DNA of 64,000 bases. Source: Eimeria praecox. Taxonomy: Eukaryota. The DNA is taken from contig OY986946.1 in the NCBI GenBank assembly GCA_963920595.1, positions 5,394,001 through 5,458,000 of the forward strand, in the 5' to 3' direction. The notes below the pieces were generated by a model. It saw nothing but the letters and a program-made list of their open reading frames with translations, was not told where the DNA came from and searched no databases. The position numbers and the translations under genes are program-made. Shown here piece after piece: positions 19,961-33,315 of the stretch (its first letter is position 1; each line of letters begins with the position of its first letter).

Positions 19961-20848
19961 TTTGATATGAACTGTCTCCTTTTTGATATGAAGTGTCTCC
20001 TTTCTGTTATGAAGTGTCCCTGATTGTTATGGAGTGTCTCCTGTCTCTTTATTCTCTTTGATCCCCAACTTGAACGATAGCTCGTTATTGTGTTTGTTTC
20101 TCTTTCTGTGTCTGTCTCTCGTTCTGTCTCTCTCTCTCTGTCTTTCTGTCTCTGTCTCTTTTTCTGTCTCTGTCTCTCTTTCTGTCTCTGTCTCTCTTTC
20201 TGTCTCTGTCTCTCTTTCTGTCTCTGTCTCTCTTTCTGTCTGTGTCTCTTGCTTTGCGTATGCATCTATCTTGTCTGTCTCTGTATTTCTGTCTCTCTCT
20301 ATATTTTTATATTTTTCTGTATGTTTATCTGTCTCTGTATTTATCTCTGTCTCCGCATTTGTTTATGTCTCTGTCTGTATATATGTATCTCTGTCTGTAT
20401 CTGTCTCTTTCTGTCAACATGTCTCTACTCCCTATATCTTAATTTGTCTCTGTCTCTTAATTTATCTCTTTCTCTTAATTTATCTCTGTCTCTGTGTTTA
20501 TCTTTTAGTCTTCTTAGTGGCTAGGCCTTGGGGTGTCTGCCTCCTTCTCTTCTTCTGTCTTTTCTCTTACTTCTTTCTTCTGTCTCCTGTCTCTGTTGTT
20601 GTTATTGCTTATCCTAACTATAGTTTAGAGACAGCAGAATAAGGAGACTGTCTCCTTCAAGGGCTACGCATCTTCAGCTCTTGCATAGGAGACAGAAGGA
20701 AAGATATGTTGCTGTTGCTGCTGCTGTCTCCTTAAGGGCTCCGCCCTCAGCAGAGCCCTCGTACAGTTCAGAGGTTACAAAACCTAAACCCTAAACCCTA
20801 AACACTGAGCAAGCAGAAAATGTATTTGTTTAGTGTTGAACGTAGGAG

Positions 20849-20924
<76 letters not shown>

Positions 20925-22280
20925 GCGAGAGAGAGAGAGAGAGAGAGAGAGATGTTGAGACAGAAGAACGTGTGGGAAGGAAGGCGTAGAGTGCTGAGGT
21001 GTCTCCTCAGCTTATTTGTATTATGATTGGCTATCCTGTCTAAGTTTGAAGACACTGTCTCCTTTCTGTCTGCTGTCTCCTTCTCTCTCCTCTCGAGTGT
21101 CTCCTTTGAGAGAGAGTGAAGGAGACTTAACTTCTTTGGTGAGAGAGAGACAGAGACAGGAACAGAAAGCGAGACAGAGAGAGACAGAGACAGAGAGAAA
21201 CACAAAGAGAGGAGACAGACAAAGAGACAGATAGATAGTGATAGAGATAGATAGATAGAGATAGAGATAGAGATAGATAGACAGAGAGAGAGAGAGAGGG
21301 AGAGAGAAAGGAGACAGTCTTTCACTCTCTCTCAGGTGTCTCTGCAGCTACAGCATGATCTGTACTACTAAGTTATTTACTTCTTTTCTATGAGAGACAG
21401 AATATAAAAAACAATAAAAAGAGATTAAGAGTAGCTGTCTACAACTTCCAAATGCTGCTGGTCTGTTGCTGCTGCTGCTGCTCTGTTGCTGCTGCTGTTG
21501 GCGCAGCAAGAATGTGTGCTGCTGCAGCTGGAAGGAGACAGAATCTGTCTCTGTCTCTCTCTTGTCTCCTTCCTCGCTCTTCTCTGTCTCCTTATCAGCC
21601 CCTACCTGTAGCGTACAAGTGTCTCCTCCCTTCAGGATACAGTTTCAATATTAATAATTGTTTTTAGTTTATTTATAAATATGTATGAAGCCCTTCTATA
21701 TCTTAATCTAGAGACAGCTTGCCTGTCTCCTTGTCTCCTTCGAGTGTCTGTCCCCTCCCTCTCTCTCTCCTCTCATTCGTCTGTCTCCTTTTATTTGTTT
21801 GTTTGTCTCTCTATCGCCTTCAGATATGTTTAAGGTGTTTTATATATTCTACTGTCTCCTTCTTTTGTTATGATAAGAGGGAGAGGAGACAGGAGACACC
21901 GCAGCAACGGGGTGTCTCCTCAGCTCTGCCGTCTGTCTCTTAGTAGTAGCAAGTGTCTCCTTCCTCTCTCCCTCTCTTGCAGTCTTCTGTTGCTGTATAA
22001 CACATTTTTATACATTTATATTAAACTGTCTGTCTCCTTTCTTATATCTCCTTTCTTCTGTCTCCTTCCTGCTGTCTCCTCAACAGCAGCTGTACAGACA
22101 CCGCAGCACGAGCTCATGAGGCCGCCTGTTTGTGTTTCTCTGATCTTCTTCTTCTTTTTTGTTTGTCTTTATTTTAATTTATAATTAAAATATATTTTCA
22201 TTGTTTTTAATAATTTTATTTCTTTCTTGCTGCTGCAGCAGCAGCAACAACGCAGCTACAGACTGCGGGGGGCGGACCTC

Positions 22281-22338
<58 letters not shown>

Positions 22339-22691
22339 TGGAAGGTAGCTGCTGCAGCGGGCGGGTTATGAGGAGAGCCTTGCTTTACCTACAGCAGCTA
22401 GTAAGGTGTCTATACACTGTAAATATGTATTAAATGTATATATATATCTTTCTTTTGTTTATTATTTGTTTGTATTTGTCTCTAAGAAACAGAGATAAAG
22501 CCTTTCTGTTGCTGTTGTTGTTGCTGCTGTTGCTGCTGTTGCTGCTGTTGCTGCTGCTGTTGCTGCAGCGGTCTAGAGCAGCAATCTAAGCTGCAAGGAG
22601 ACACTTAACTTGAGGTGTCTCTCCTGCTGTCTGCCTTCTCTATAGCAACATATATATAAATATATATATAGAAGATGTTAGTCTATTTTAT

Positions 22692-22757
22692 ATGAAGAGA
22701 CAGTTTATAATTATTATGATGTTTCTTTCTATCAATTTGCTGCGGCCTGCTGCTGCT

Positions 22758-22789
<32 letters not shown>

Positions 22790-23985
22790 TGTCTCCTTCT
22801 ATACTATATTCTGTCTCCTTTGCTGCAGGCTGTCTCCTGCTGCTGCTCTCCAGGTAAACAACACATGTTGTTAGTCTCATCGCTGTTGCTCGCTGAGGCT
22901 ACGCTGTCTCCTCTCTCCTTCTCTCTCCTTCTGTCCCCTTCTGTCTCCTTCTGTCTCCTTCTGTCTCCTTCTGTCTCCTTCTGTCTCCTCTCTTTTGTCT
23001 CTTCTGTTTCCTCTCTCTTATCTTCTATCTCTAATCTCCTCTCCTCTGTCTCCTCTCTCTTATCTTCTCTCCTCTGTCTCCTTTCTTCTGTCTCCTCTCT
23101 CTCCTCTTATCTCCTCTCCTCTCCTCTGTCTCCTGTGTCTCTCCTGTCTCCTCTCTCTTATCTTCTCTCCTCCGTCTCCTTTCTTCCGTCTCCTTTCTCT
23201 TATCTTCTCTCCTCTGTCTGTCTCCTTTCTTCTGTCTCCTCTCTCTCCTCTCCTCTCCTCTGTCTCTTCTGTCTCTTCTGTCTCCTCTCTTGTGTCTCCT
23301 CTTGTTTCTCTCTCTTTGTCTCTTTCTCTTATTATCACCTATGCTGCACTCTTGCACTGTCTCCTTTCCTCCTACTGTCTCCTTCCCTTCTACTGTCTCC
23401 TCTCCCCTGTCTCCTCTCTTCTGTCTCCTTCGCTTCTACTGTCCCCCTCTAGTCTAGTTCTAGTGTCTCCTTTCCTTTCGCCTGTCTCCTGCTGAGGAGA
23501 CGATACACCTGAGATGCTACATAGGCGGCCTTCTGCTGTTGCTGCTGCCTGCTGCTGCTGCTGCTGCCTGCAGCAGCAGCAGCAGCAGCAGCAGCGCACG
23601 TTGCTGCTGCTGCGTCTGGCCTGTCTGTTTGTCTGTCTGTCTCCTATGTTGATCTGTCTGTCTGTGTGTCCCTAGTAGTCCTTAGCTGCTGCAGCAGCTG
23701 CAGCAGCAGCAGCAGCATCATTGTTATGTTTGTGTATGTGTCTCCGAGTGTCTCTGCAGATAGGTGTCTCCTCTAGCAGCTCTCCGCTGTCTGTCTCCTC
23801 TTCATGGAGACCTGCAGCCAAGTTAGGAGACGAACGACTTCCTTTGCTGTATCCTGCTGCTGCTGCAGCAGCAGCAGCTGCTGCTGCACCTGCTGCTGCA
23901 CTTGAAGACGATGCAGCAGCAGATGTCTGGCCGGGAGGCCTCAGTCTCCTAACAACAGAAGGAGACAGTCCCTTCTCTTACCTCG

Positions 23986-24016
<31 letters not shown>

Positions 24017-24138
24017 CCAGCAGCATCAAGACCACGCAGTGTATAGGCACCTCTCCGGTCAGGAGCCAGCCCCCCGTATCTTCAGCTTATCAGCAGCAGC
24101 ACGACGCTCTGCAGCAGCAGCCTACCATGCAGCAGCAA

Positions 24139-24170
<32 letters not shown>

Positions 24171-25037
24171 GGGGGAGAGGAGGAGGAGACAGAAGGTAGC
24201 CCCTGGGGGACTCTGAGGGGCTCTTTCATACAAAAATCTGTAACAACTACTAACACGCCTTCTGCTTTTACTGTCTCCGATCCCTTCGCCCCTTGGGTCC
24301 CCCCTCCTCCTGTGTCTCCTGCTGCTGCAGAGACACCTGAAAAGGCTGCAGAGACACCTGAAAAAGCTGCAGAGACACCTGAAAAAGCTGCAGAGACACC
24401 TGAGAAAGCTGCAGAGACACCCGAAAAAGCTGCAGAGACACCCGAAAAAGCTGCAGAGACACCGCAGGAAACAGCTCCGGAGACACCGGAAACAACAACG
24501 CAGCAACAACCCCCTCAAGAGCCTCCGAAGGAGACAGCAGCAGAACAGCAGCCTGCTGCTCAGCCGGAGACACCTCCGTCCCCTGCAGCAACAAAGGAGG
24601 AGACAAAGACAGAGACAGAAGCACCTCAGGAGCCAGAGACAGAGAAAGCTGGTGCTGCTGCTGCTGCAGCAGATCTTGCTGCTGGGAAAGAAGCTATGGA
24701 GAGGGAGGCACAGCAAGTAGCAGAGCAGCTTCAGAAGCAAGAGCAGCAGCGCGAAGAACAGGAGCAGAAGCAGCAGCAGCAGCAGCAACAGCAAGCTGCA
24801 GAAGAAGGCCGAGAAGGCAGAAGAAGAGAAGCAGCACAGGGGAGACAAACACTAGAAAAGGCCTTAGCGCAAAAGATAGAAAAATTAAAACTTACAGATC
24901 AGGAGACTAAGGAGTTTGTAGATACTAAAGGTAAGGGACACCCGAAAGAGATAGAGAGACACTTGGAGGAGATAGAGAGACACCTGAAAGAGATAGAGAC
25001 ACACCTGAAGGAGGTAGAGAGGTAGAGAGAGAGAGAG

Positions 25038-25112
<75 letters not shown>

Positions 25113-27477
25113 TGAAGGAGACAGAGAGACACCTGAAAGGGACAGAGAGAGACACCTGAAGGATGTAGAGAGACACCTGGAGGAGACAGAGGGACAGACA
25201 CACAAAGCAGATACACAAATAGATGAAGAGACACCTCGATGTCTTGCTCTAAAGGAGACAGCGGTCTTTGAGTGTCCCCTATTGTCTTTTGTCTGTCTTC
25301 TTCGGTTTATAGTTTACTCTTTCTTACACTTTATTATATAATAGATTTTATACAATACCTCTTATATATTATTATTAAAATATATTTATTATATTTAGTA
25401 TAAAACATTTAATATATCTTAGATCATATACTCTATATAATTTATATCGAGTGCTGCGGTAGAGACAATTTGTATTGTATGAAATAGTATTTTACTGGTC
25501 TGTCTCTTTATCTGTCTCCTCTGCTGTCTCTCTCTCTTCAACTTATCTACCCTTCTCTTTATCTGTCTCCTCTGCTGTCTCCCTCTCTCTCTTTAATTTC
25601 TTCTTATATCTTCCTATGTCTGTCTCTCTTTAATATATCTTCCTTTCTCTTTATCTGTCTCCTTTACTATCTCTCTCTCTCTCTCTTTGATATATCTCTC
25701 TTTCTGTTTCTCTGTCTCCTTTGCTGTCTCCCTCTCTCTCTTTAATATACCTTTCCTTCTCTTTATCTGTCTCCTTCACTATCTCTCTCTCTCTTTAATA
25801 TATCTTTCTTTCCCTTTATCTGTCTCCTTTGCTGTCTCCTCAGAAGTAGCAAAGAACGTTCGACGTTTAGTGGGATTGAAGGCGGGCTCAAGCCTTCATC
25901 TAGAGAATCAGAAGCTTATCAAACCAGTAAGCAAATACAAAAGGAGACAGACACTAGAGGAGACACTAGAGGGGACACTAGAGGAGACACTAGAGGAGAC
26001 ACCTGAGGAGACAGACAGGCACCTGTCTCCTTCGCAGTATGCGAGTCTCTTCCGCAGTACAAGTGTCTCCTTCAGCAGACAGAGTGTCTCCTTAAATAAT
26101 CTAAGTGTCTCCTTAGAGATCCCTTAGCGGTCAAAGTATCTCCCTTAACAATCAACGTGTCTCCTTTACACTCTAAGTGTCTCCTTTATCAATCTAAGTG
26201 TCTCCTTTAATAGTCGGAGGGTCTCCCTTATCCCCCTAAGTGTCTCCTCCCTCCAAGTGTCTCCTCTATCCCCCTAAGTGTCTCCTCCCTCCAAGTGTCT
26301 CCTCTATCCCCCTAAGTGTCTCCCCCCTCAAAGTGTCTCCTCTATCCCCCTAAGTGTCTCCTCCCCCCCAGTGTCTCCTCTATCAATCAAAGTGTCTCCT
26401 CCCTCCCAGTGTCTCCTCTATCAATCAAAGTGTCTCCTCCCTCCCAGTGTCTCCTCTATCAATGAAAGTGTCTCCTCCCTCCCAGTGTCTCCTCTATCCC
26501 CCTAGATGTCTCCTCCCCCCCAGTGTCTCCTCTATCAATGAAAGTGTCTCCTTTAGTGTATACTATGTCTGTTCTTAGGGCTGCGATATATCTACATTTG
26601 GTCCTGCGTATTGTGCCTCGGAAGATAATCCTCGAGCAGCAGATATTCTTTGGAGTTTAGAGAATAGAAAGAATAATACATATTTTGTTTTATCTTTAGC
26701 TATGTTATTATTTTCTATTATAGTACAATTTACATTTTCTTTATTAGAAAAAAAAATATTGAAGAAAGGAGATTTATTCTCCAAAGAAGTTATGGAGACT
26801 GCGTTCAGACAAATTGCTTATATTGCTATTGTTGATGTTATTCTTTGGGGCTGCATGCAATCAAACGTTGCGGAGATCCTTGACGAGCTTGTATTTGGCG
26901 ATGTAAGACATTCCCACTCGAACAACTAGGGTTTAGGGTTTAGGGTTTAGGGTTTAGGGTTTAGGGGTTGAGGTTTTACAGCATGAGCTGTAAGAAATCG
27001 GCTGTCTCCTCTTTGGCTGTCTTCACCGCTTGCAGTCTCTTGCTGTATAAAGAAACAGGAGACAGAGACAGCAGACAGACACAGGAGACAGGAGACAGAG
27101 ACAGACACAGCAGACAGAGGCAGGAGACAGAGACAGAGACAGCAAACAGAGACAGAAAACAGAGACAGAGGCAGAACGCAAACCCAGGAGACACAGACAC
27201 TAAGCAGGAGACACTAGAGAGACACCAGAGACAGAGATAGAGGCAGGAGACAGAGGGAAGAGACGGAAGAAAGGAGACAGAGAGCATATTATGTTTTTGT
27301 TTCTTGTTTGTATACGTTTGCAGGTAATGCCCCAACAGCGTGATGCTGATATCGTATTAGAGAATGTCTCTCCTATGCTTGAAGTGTTATTTGAAGAACT
27401 GTTCTTTGTTGCTATCTTGTTGTTAGTATGGTGAGGCCACTCTCTAATAGCCTCTTTCTTTTACTGTCTCCTTTCTA

Positions 27478-27565
<88 letters not shown>

Positions 27566-27734
27566 TAGCTAGATAGAAAGGTAGATAAATAGCTAGATAG
27601 ATTGAAATAAGATAGACATACCTGATAGGCATACACTGTCTCCTCACACACACCTCCTATCTGCAGTCTCAGCTGCAAGTCTTTGCTGCTGCAGCTGCTG
27701 TATATACCTCTCCTCCTCTTGCTGCTGCTGTTAC

Positions 27735-27766
<32 letters not shown>

Positions 27767-27887
27767 TTTGCTGTTGCTGCTGCTGTTTGCTGTACAGGTA
27801 CGTGGTGTTTGTAGTGCTGCTGCAGTGTCTGGTGAGACAGCTAGCAGGATGGATGCGTGCTGTAGACGAAGAAGAAGATGTTGCTGA

Positions 27888-27921
<34 letters not shown>

Positions 27922-30723
27922 TGCCTTGGGCGATGCCTACATTCTGAAGATATCTCCAAGGCCTGCTTCTTAGCTCACAGGTTAGACTAATCCTATTCTT
28001 CAGGGCAAACAAAACAAAAAACACAAATTAATTTACATATCTATATCTATATATCTAGATACAGATATAGATATGTATATATCTATATCTATATCTATAT
28101 CTATATCTATATCTATATCTATATCTATATCTATATCTATATCTATATCTATATCTATATCTATATCTATATCTATATCTATATCTATATCTATATCTGT
28201 ATCTATATCTATATCTATATCTATATCTATATCTATATCTATATCTATATCTATATCTATATCTATATCTATATCTATATCTATATCTATATCTATATCT
28301 ATATCTATATCTATATCTATATCTATATCTATATCTATATCTATATCTATATCTATATATCTATATCTATATCTATATCTATATCTATATCTATATCTAT
28401 ATCTATATCTATATCTATACATACATATATATATATCTATATCTATATCTATATCCATATCTATATCTATATCTATATCTATATCTATATATCTATATCT
28501 ATATCTATATCTATATATCTATATCTATATCTATATCTATATCTATATCTATATCTATATCTATATCTATATCTATATCTATATCTATATCTATATCTAT
28601 ATCTATATCTATATCTATATCTATATCTATATCTATATCTATATCTATATCTATATCTATATCTATATCTATATCTATATCTATATCTATATCTATATCT
28701 ATCTATCTAGCTATCTATCTATTTATCTATCTCTATATATCTATGTCGATATATATATATATATATATCTTATTATTGTTTGTGTTTGTGTGTTACCTAA
28801 CAGATATGAGTTTGCTGATAACGTAGAGGCGATAAGTATACCTGGGATCGATCCCTCAGGGTATTATTTCTTCGAATATCTTCGGGCTTCTCTAATGAAG
28901 ATGGCCATAGAAATGTTAAGACTTCCTAATAGTACATTAGTCTTATTAATGTTTGCTGCTATGATATTACGTCCTGTCTTAAGTTTTAGAGTGCATGCAG
29001 AGGCCGCTGTATTGTCTCTTTGTTCTTTTACTTGTCTACTTATTATGCTAGCTACCTGGGCATACACCTCATGTATAGAGAGACAGATACGCCCCTCAAA
29101 TGTCTCTCAATATCTTCTTACAAGATATCATAATGAAGTTGGGGCTGACGCTTCTTCTTCGTCTTCATACTTGCAACAATTTACTCCTCCATACAAACTA
29201 CAGCAACAGCAGGTACTTCAACGAGCTGTCTGTACACTTCAACACAACGCCTCTAACATGTATTAATACAAACACAGTGTCTCTTCCTTCAGATCTTCAA
29301 TCGTAATCTTCTGTCTCCTTGGCTATCCTTATGCGATGTCTGTGGGTCTGTTCCCTGTCTCCATGTTATCCCTCTGCTGTCTCTGTCTCTACTGTTTGCG
29401 TGTCTCTTCACTGTCTCTGTCTCTCCACTCTCTCCATTGTCTCCGTTTCTGTGTCTGTCTCCAGTTGTGTGTCTGTATCTTTGTTTCTTTCTATGTGTTT
29501 GTCTCTTCGTTTCTGTTTAAGTGTCTCTTTGTTTATTTTTACCCGTCTCTTTGATAATGTTTGTCTCTTCGCCTGCTATTAAGTGTCTCTCTCTTTGTGT
29601 CTCTTTGTGTCTTAAAGTATCCGCTGCTTGTCTCTATTTACATATCTCTTTGTTTGTTTTCTTGTGTTTATTGTGTCCGTTAAGAGCGCATGGCCAGGCG
29701 TCTGTTCTCGTTATTTTTACGGGACAACTTTGCCTAACAAACATCAACAGTTATTTTGCTTTTGGGCAAATGGGCCCACCATTGTAATGCGAGTATTAGA
29801 GGTAAGAAAGGAGACAGACACCAGAAAGGAGACAGACACCAGAAAGGAGACAGACACCAGAAAGGAGACAGACACCAGAAAAGAGACAGACACCAGAAAG
29901 GAGACAGACACCAGAAAGGAGACAGACACCAGAAAGGAGACAGACACCAGAAAAGAGACAGACACCAGAAAGGAGACAGACACCAAAGGAAAAGGAGACA
30001 GACGCCAGAAAGGAGCCAGACACCAGAAAAGAGACACTAGGGAGGAGACACCCAAAAGGAGACACCCAAAAGGAGACGACAGACAGCAGAAAGGAGACAG
30101 CAGACAAGGGAGAGACGAAAGGAGACAGGGGGGGAGGGGAGAGGAGGAGGGATGGAGCTGGTTTACTTGTTTAGTGTCTTAGAGGAGAGAGAGTGTGTCT
30201 ATCCATCTGTCTCTGGCTTCTGTCTCCCTCCTAAAGGGGAGACAGAAGCCAGAGACCGATGGAGAGACACAAAGAGTGGCAGAGAGAAAGAGAGAGACAG
30301 ACAGAAAGAGAGAGACATAGACAAAGAGAGAGACAGAGACAAAGAAAGAGAGACAGATATAGAGACAAGAGACAGATACAGATTTTGCCTTATCAAATTG
30401 AACAACGTCTTCTGACTGAATTCTGAAGTAATAACTAAACAAATTATTCTCTGTCTTTTTCTCTGTCTGTCTCTGTCTCTGTCTCTTTCTCTGTCTCCTT
30501 CTTTCAGGCTTCGTACTTCTGTCAGTTGCTGGTGTTAGCTTGGTGGGTTCAGCTCCTTCGCTCTCATCCTTCAACGTGGCTTCGTCTGTCTTGGTGGGGG
30601 GATATCTGCATAGGCGTTTGTGCTATTCTTCACTTTGCACTTTTAAAACAAGTCCTTTACTCGACTCTTCTCGCTCTACGGTGTGGTATGCTCATAGATC
30701 ATCCCCTACTTGAAAAGGTAAAC

Positions 30724-30774
<51 letters not shown>

Positions 30775-31425
30775 TGTATATATGTATCTAGGTTGTATCT
30801 CTATCAGCTACATTATATATATTACGTATCTATGTAGGTGTATCTGTGTAGATACAAGTGTCTCCTTTTATCTATCAAGTGTCTCCTTCTATCTATCAAG
30901 CTTCTCCTTGTGTGTCTCTTCTTTCATCTCTTCTTTTGCCTCTCACTTGTCTCCCAAGTGTCTCCCTTTATCTCTCAACTGTCTCCTTCTGTTTCATCTT
31001 ATCCCTCAAGTATCTCCTTTTATCTCTAAGCTGTCTCTTGTTGTCTCTCAAGTGTCTCCTTCTGTCTCTAAACTGTCTCCTCCCTACTCTCTCTCCCTAC
31101 TCTCTCTCCCTACTCTCTCTCTCCCTACTCTCTCTCTGTCTCTCTCTGTCTCTGTCTCCTTTCCTCCTTAGGTTTGGGAGATTCAGCGAGCTGAGAACGT
31201 CCGTCGTACGGCGGAGTTGATTGATCGTCTTCGTATTCAGTCGACTTTGTTTGCTATTCGAGAGGGAGGAGACTTGTTCTGGAAACAGATGCAAATCAAG
31301 TACGTTAAAACTAAATAAATATAAATACAAATATACATAGGCATAAGTAAATAAATAAATATAAATAAATATAAATAATATAAATAAGTGTAAATAAATA
31401 CACAGAAAAAGGATAAACAAACAAA

Positions 31426-31491
<66 letters not shown>

Positions 31492-33315
31492 AAAGCTATA
31501 ATGATTGCAAACATGCAAAGAATGGCTGCGTTTGTATGAAAATGTTTTTTTGTTTCTTTTGTTAATAAAATAATAAATATTATCTTCTTTCAATTAATTT
31601 TTCTTCTGTCTCCTTTAGAGCTCTTTCTGTCTCTCGCGCTGTAAAAGATCAAATGATTGCTATGTGGGCTTCTCTTGATGAGGAGCATCTAGGACAGATA
31701 GATCGACCTCGTATATTTAAATTTTTGAAGTCGCAAGGTCTTTCTCTAGATACAGAGGCAGATGTTAATGTAAGAAAGCTACTGTCTCCTTTGGTGTCTC
31801 TGTCTTCCTCACATAGTGTGTCTAACTGTCTCCTCTAGTGTCTCTGTCTCCTTCACATAGTGTGTTTAACTATCTCCTCTAGTGTCTCTGTCTTTTTCTT
31901 CAAGTATCTAACTGTCTCCTTTCTAACTGTCTCTTTTCTTGTCTCTCCTTCACCCAAGCTTGCTTGCCTCCTATCTACATGCATGCATGCATGCATGCAT
32001 GCATGCATGCATGCAGATGCATGCATGCATGCAGATGCATGCATGGCCTTCTGCAGGGCTTGTTTGTTTTTTTTTTGTTTTTTTCTACTTTAGGATTTCT
32101 TACAAGTTTTTGACAGAACAAACAAAGGAGGTTTAAATGAAGAAGAATTCTTTGTGATGGTTATTGTTGTTAAACAACTTCTTATTGAACCTCTAGATAA
32201 AGACGCCCTCCGAGTCAGCCCCTAAACCCTAAACCCTAAACCCTAAACCCTAAACCCTAAACCCTAAACCCTAGGTGATAGATGAAGGATGGAGGATGCT
32301 TATGAATACGTATTTCACGGGTTTGATATCTGTATGTATTTTCTAAAGCCCTTTCGGGTGTATATGCAGCTCTAACGAAGTGTATGCACATCTATTGTTT
32401 GTTTTTCTTTCTACCCTCAAAATATATAAACTGTCTCCTTTAGGTGTCTCCTTTATTTGTTTTATTTTAGGCTTTCTTCGAAGACAAGTTCGGCATTCCT
32501 TGGACAGCCTCAACAGGCATTGATGTAAACAGCTTAGCAAGAATATTACAAGAGGTGAGGTTTAATAATCTGAGGTGTATAGGCACCTCCTCAATCCAGG
32601 CCTTATATAATGAGGTGTATAGACACCTCATTAATCTAACAATAACAGAAAATCCCTTCCTTCTCTCTTCAACCAGCAACAACCCAAAAGCCCCTTCAAC
32701 TTGGATACATGCATGCATGCAGTGCATGCATGCATGCATGCATGCATGCATAGACAGCATGCATGCAAGTATTTGTTGTTGTTTGTTTTGTTATTGTGTA
32801 TGTGTGTTTTAACAGTTGAGAGTCCACTGGTCTGAAGGCAAGCGTCGTTATCTGTTAGATTTTGTTGGGGGTAGAAGAGGAACGTTAGGTGTCTCCGCAG
32901 AATTGTTTGTCTCTCAGCTTCAGGCTATGGAGGAACAAACCCTACAGCCCGTGCAACAAGTGTGTCTGTCTACTTATATGCTCCCAAGGGTTTAGGGTTT
33001 AGGGTCTAGGGTCTAGGGTCTAGGGTTTAGGGTTTAGGGCTTCTCAAGGGTCTCCTCGTGGCGGTTTTCGTTTTCTGCTTCTTCCTCTTGTTTTTCTCTT
33101 GTGGGCGATTAGGGTTTAGGGTTTAGGGTTTAGGGTTTAGGGTTTGGATGCCTGTGGCCTCGCATTCTCTCAGATAAAAACCCTAAAGATTTGCTGCTGA
33201 TAGGTGCTGCTGCTGTCTCCTTGTGTCTCCTTCTCTGTCTCCTTCTCTGTCTCCTTCTCAGGCTGTCGGCGAAATGCAGAGGAGACCTCAAGGACAAGAC
33301 AGAGACAGAGTTTAA
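22692..33315 (+). CDS. Seven-transmembrane MLO-like membrane protein with C-terminal EF-hand pair (~1148 aa)
   Basis: 15 phase-consistent GT-AG exons: 22692-22853, 23760-24930, 25844-25926, 26579-26902, 27324-27430, 27798-27980, 28804-29212, 29685-29801, 30508-30717, 31172-31299, 31619-31769, 32094-32213, 32471-32554, 32816-32959, 33262-33315. Hydrophobic leader and seven hydrophobic segments. MLO-like blocks: [58 protein letters not shown]-hand-like loops [12 protein letters not shown] and [12 protein letters not shown]. Gene model is strong; family call is by eye. Confidence 0.78.
26228..26552. repeat. Degenerate tandem repeat built on aagtgtctcct
   Basis: Units such as ccccctaagtgtctcctccctccaagtgtctcctctat in intron 3 of the MLO-like gene. 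Confidence 0.8.
28036..28700. repeat. (ATATCT)n hexanucleotide microsatellite
   Basis: ~660 bp near-perfect intronic tract; similar tracts at 40460-40860 and 12910-12990. Confidence 0.95.
29806..29985. repeat. 18-bp minisatellite (aaaggagacagacaccag)n
   Basis: About 10 copies beginning right after the donor at 29802; explains the KETDTR repeats in the ORF track. Confidence 0.9.
31978..32045. repeat. (TGCA)n / TGCATGCA run
   Basis: Palindromic octamer runs, also at 32705-32768 and 39779-39813; characteristic of Eimeria. Confidence 0.9.

Noticed and set aside
28073..28800. Long ISISIS/YIYIYI ORF (and DIDIDI on the minus strand)
   Set aside because: Stop-free translation of an (ATATCT)n microsatellite inside an intron; the real exon starts at 28804.
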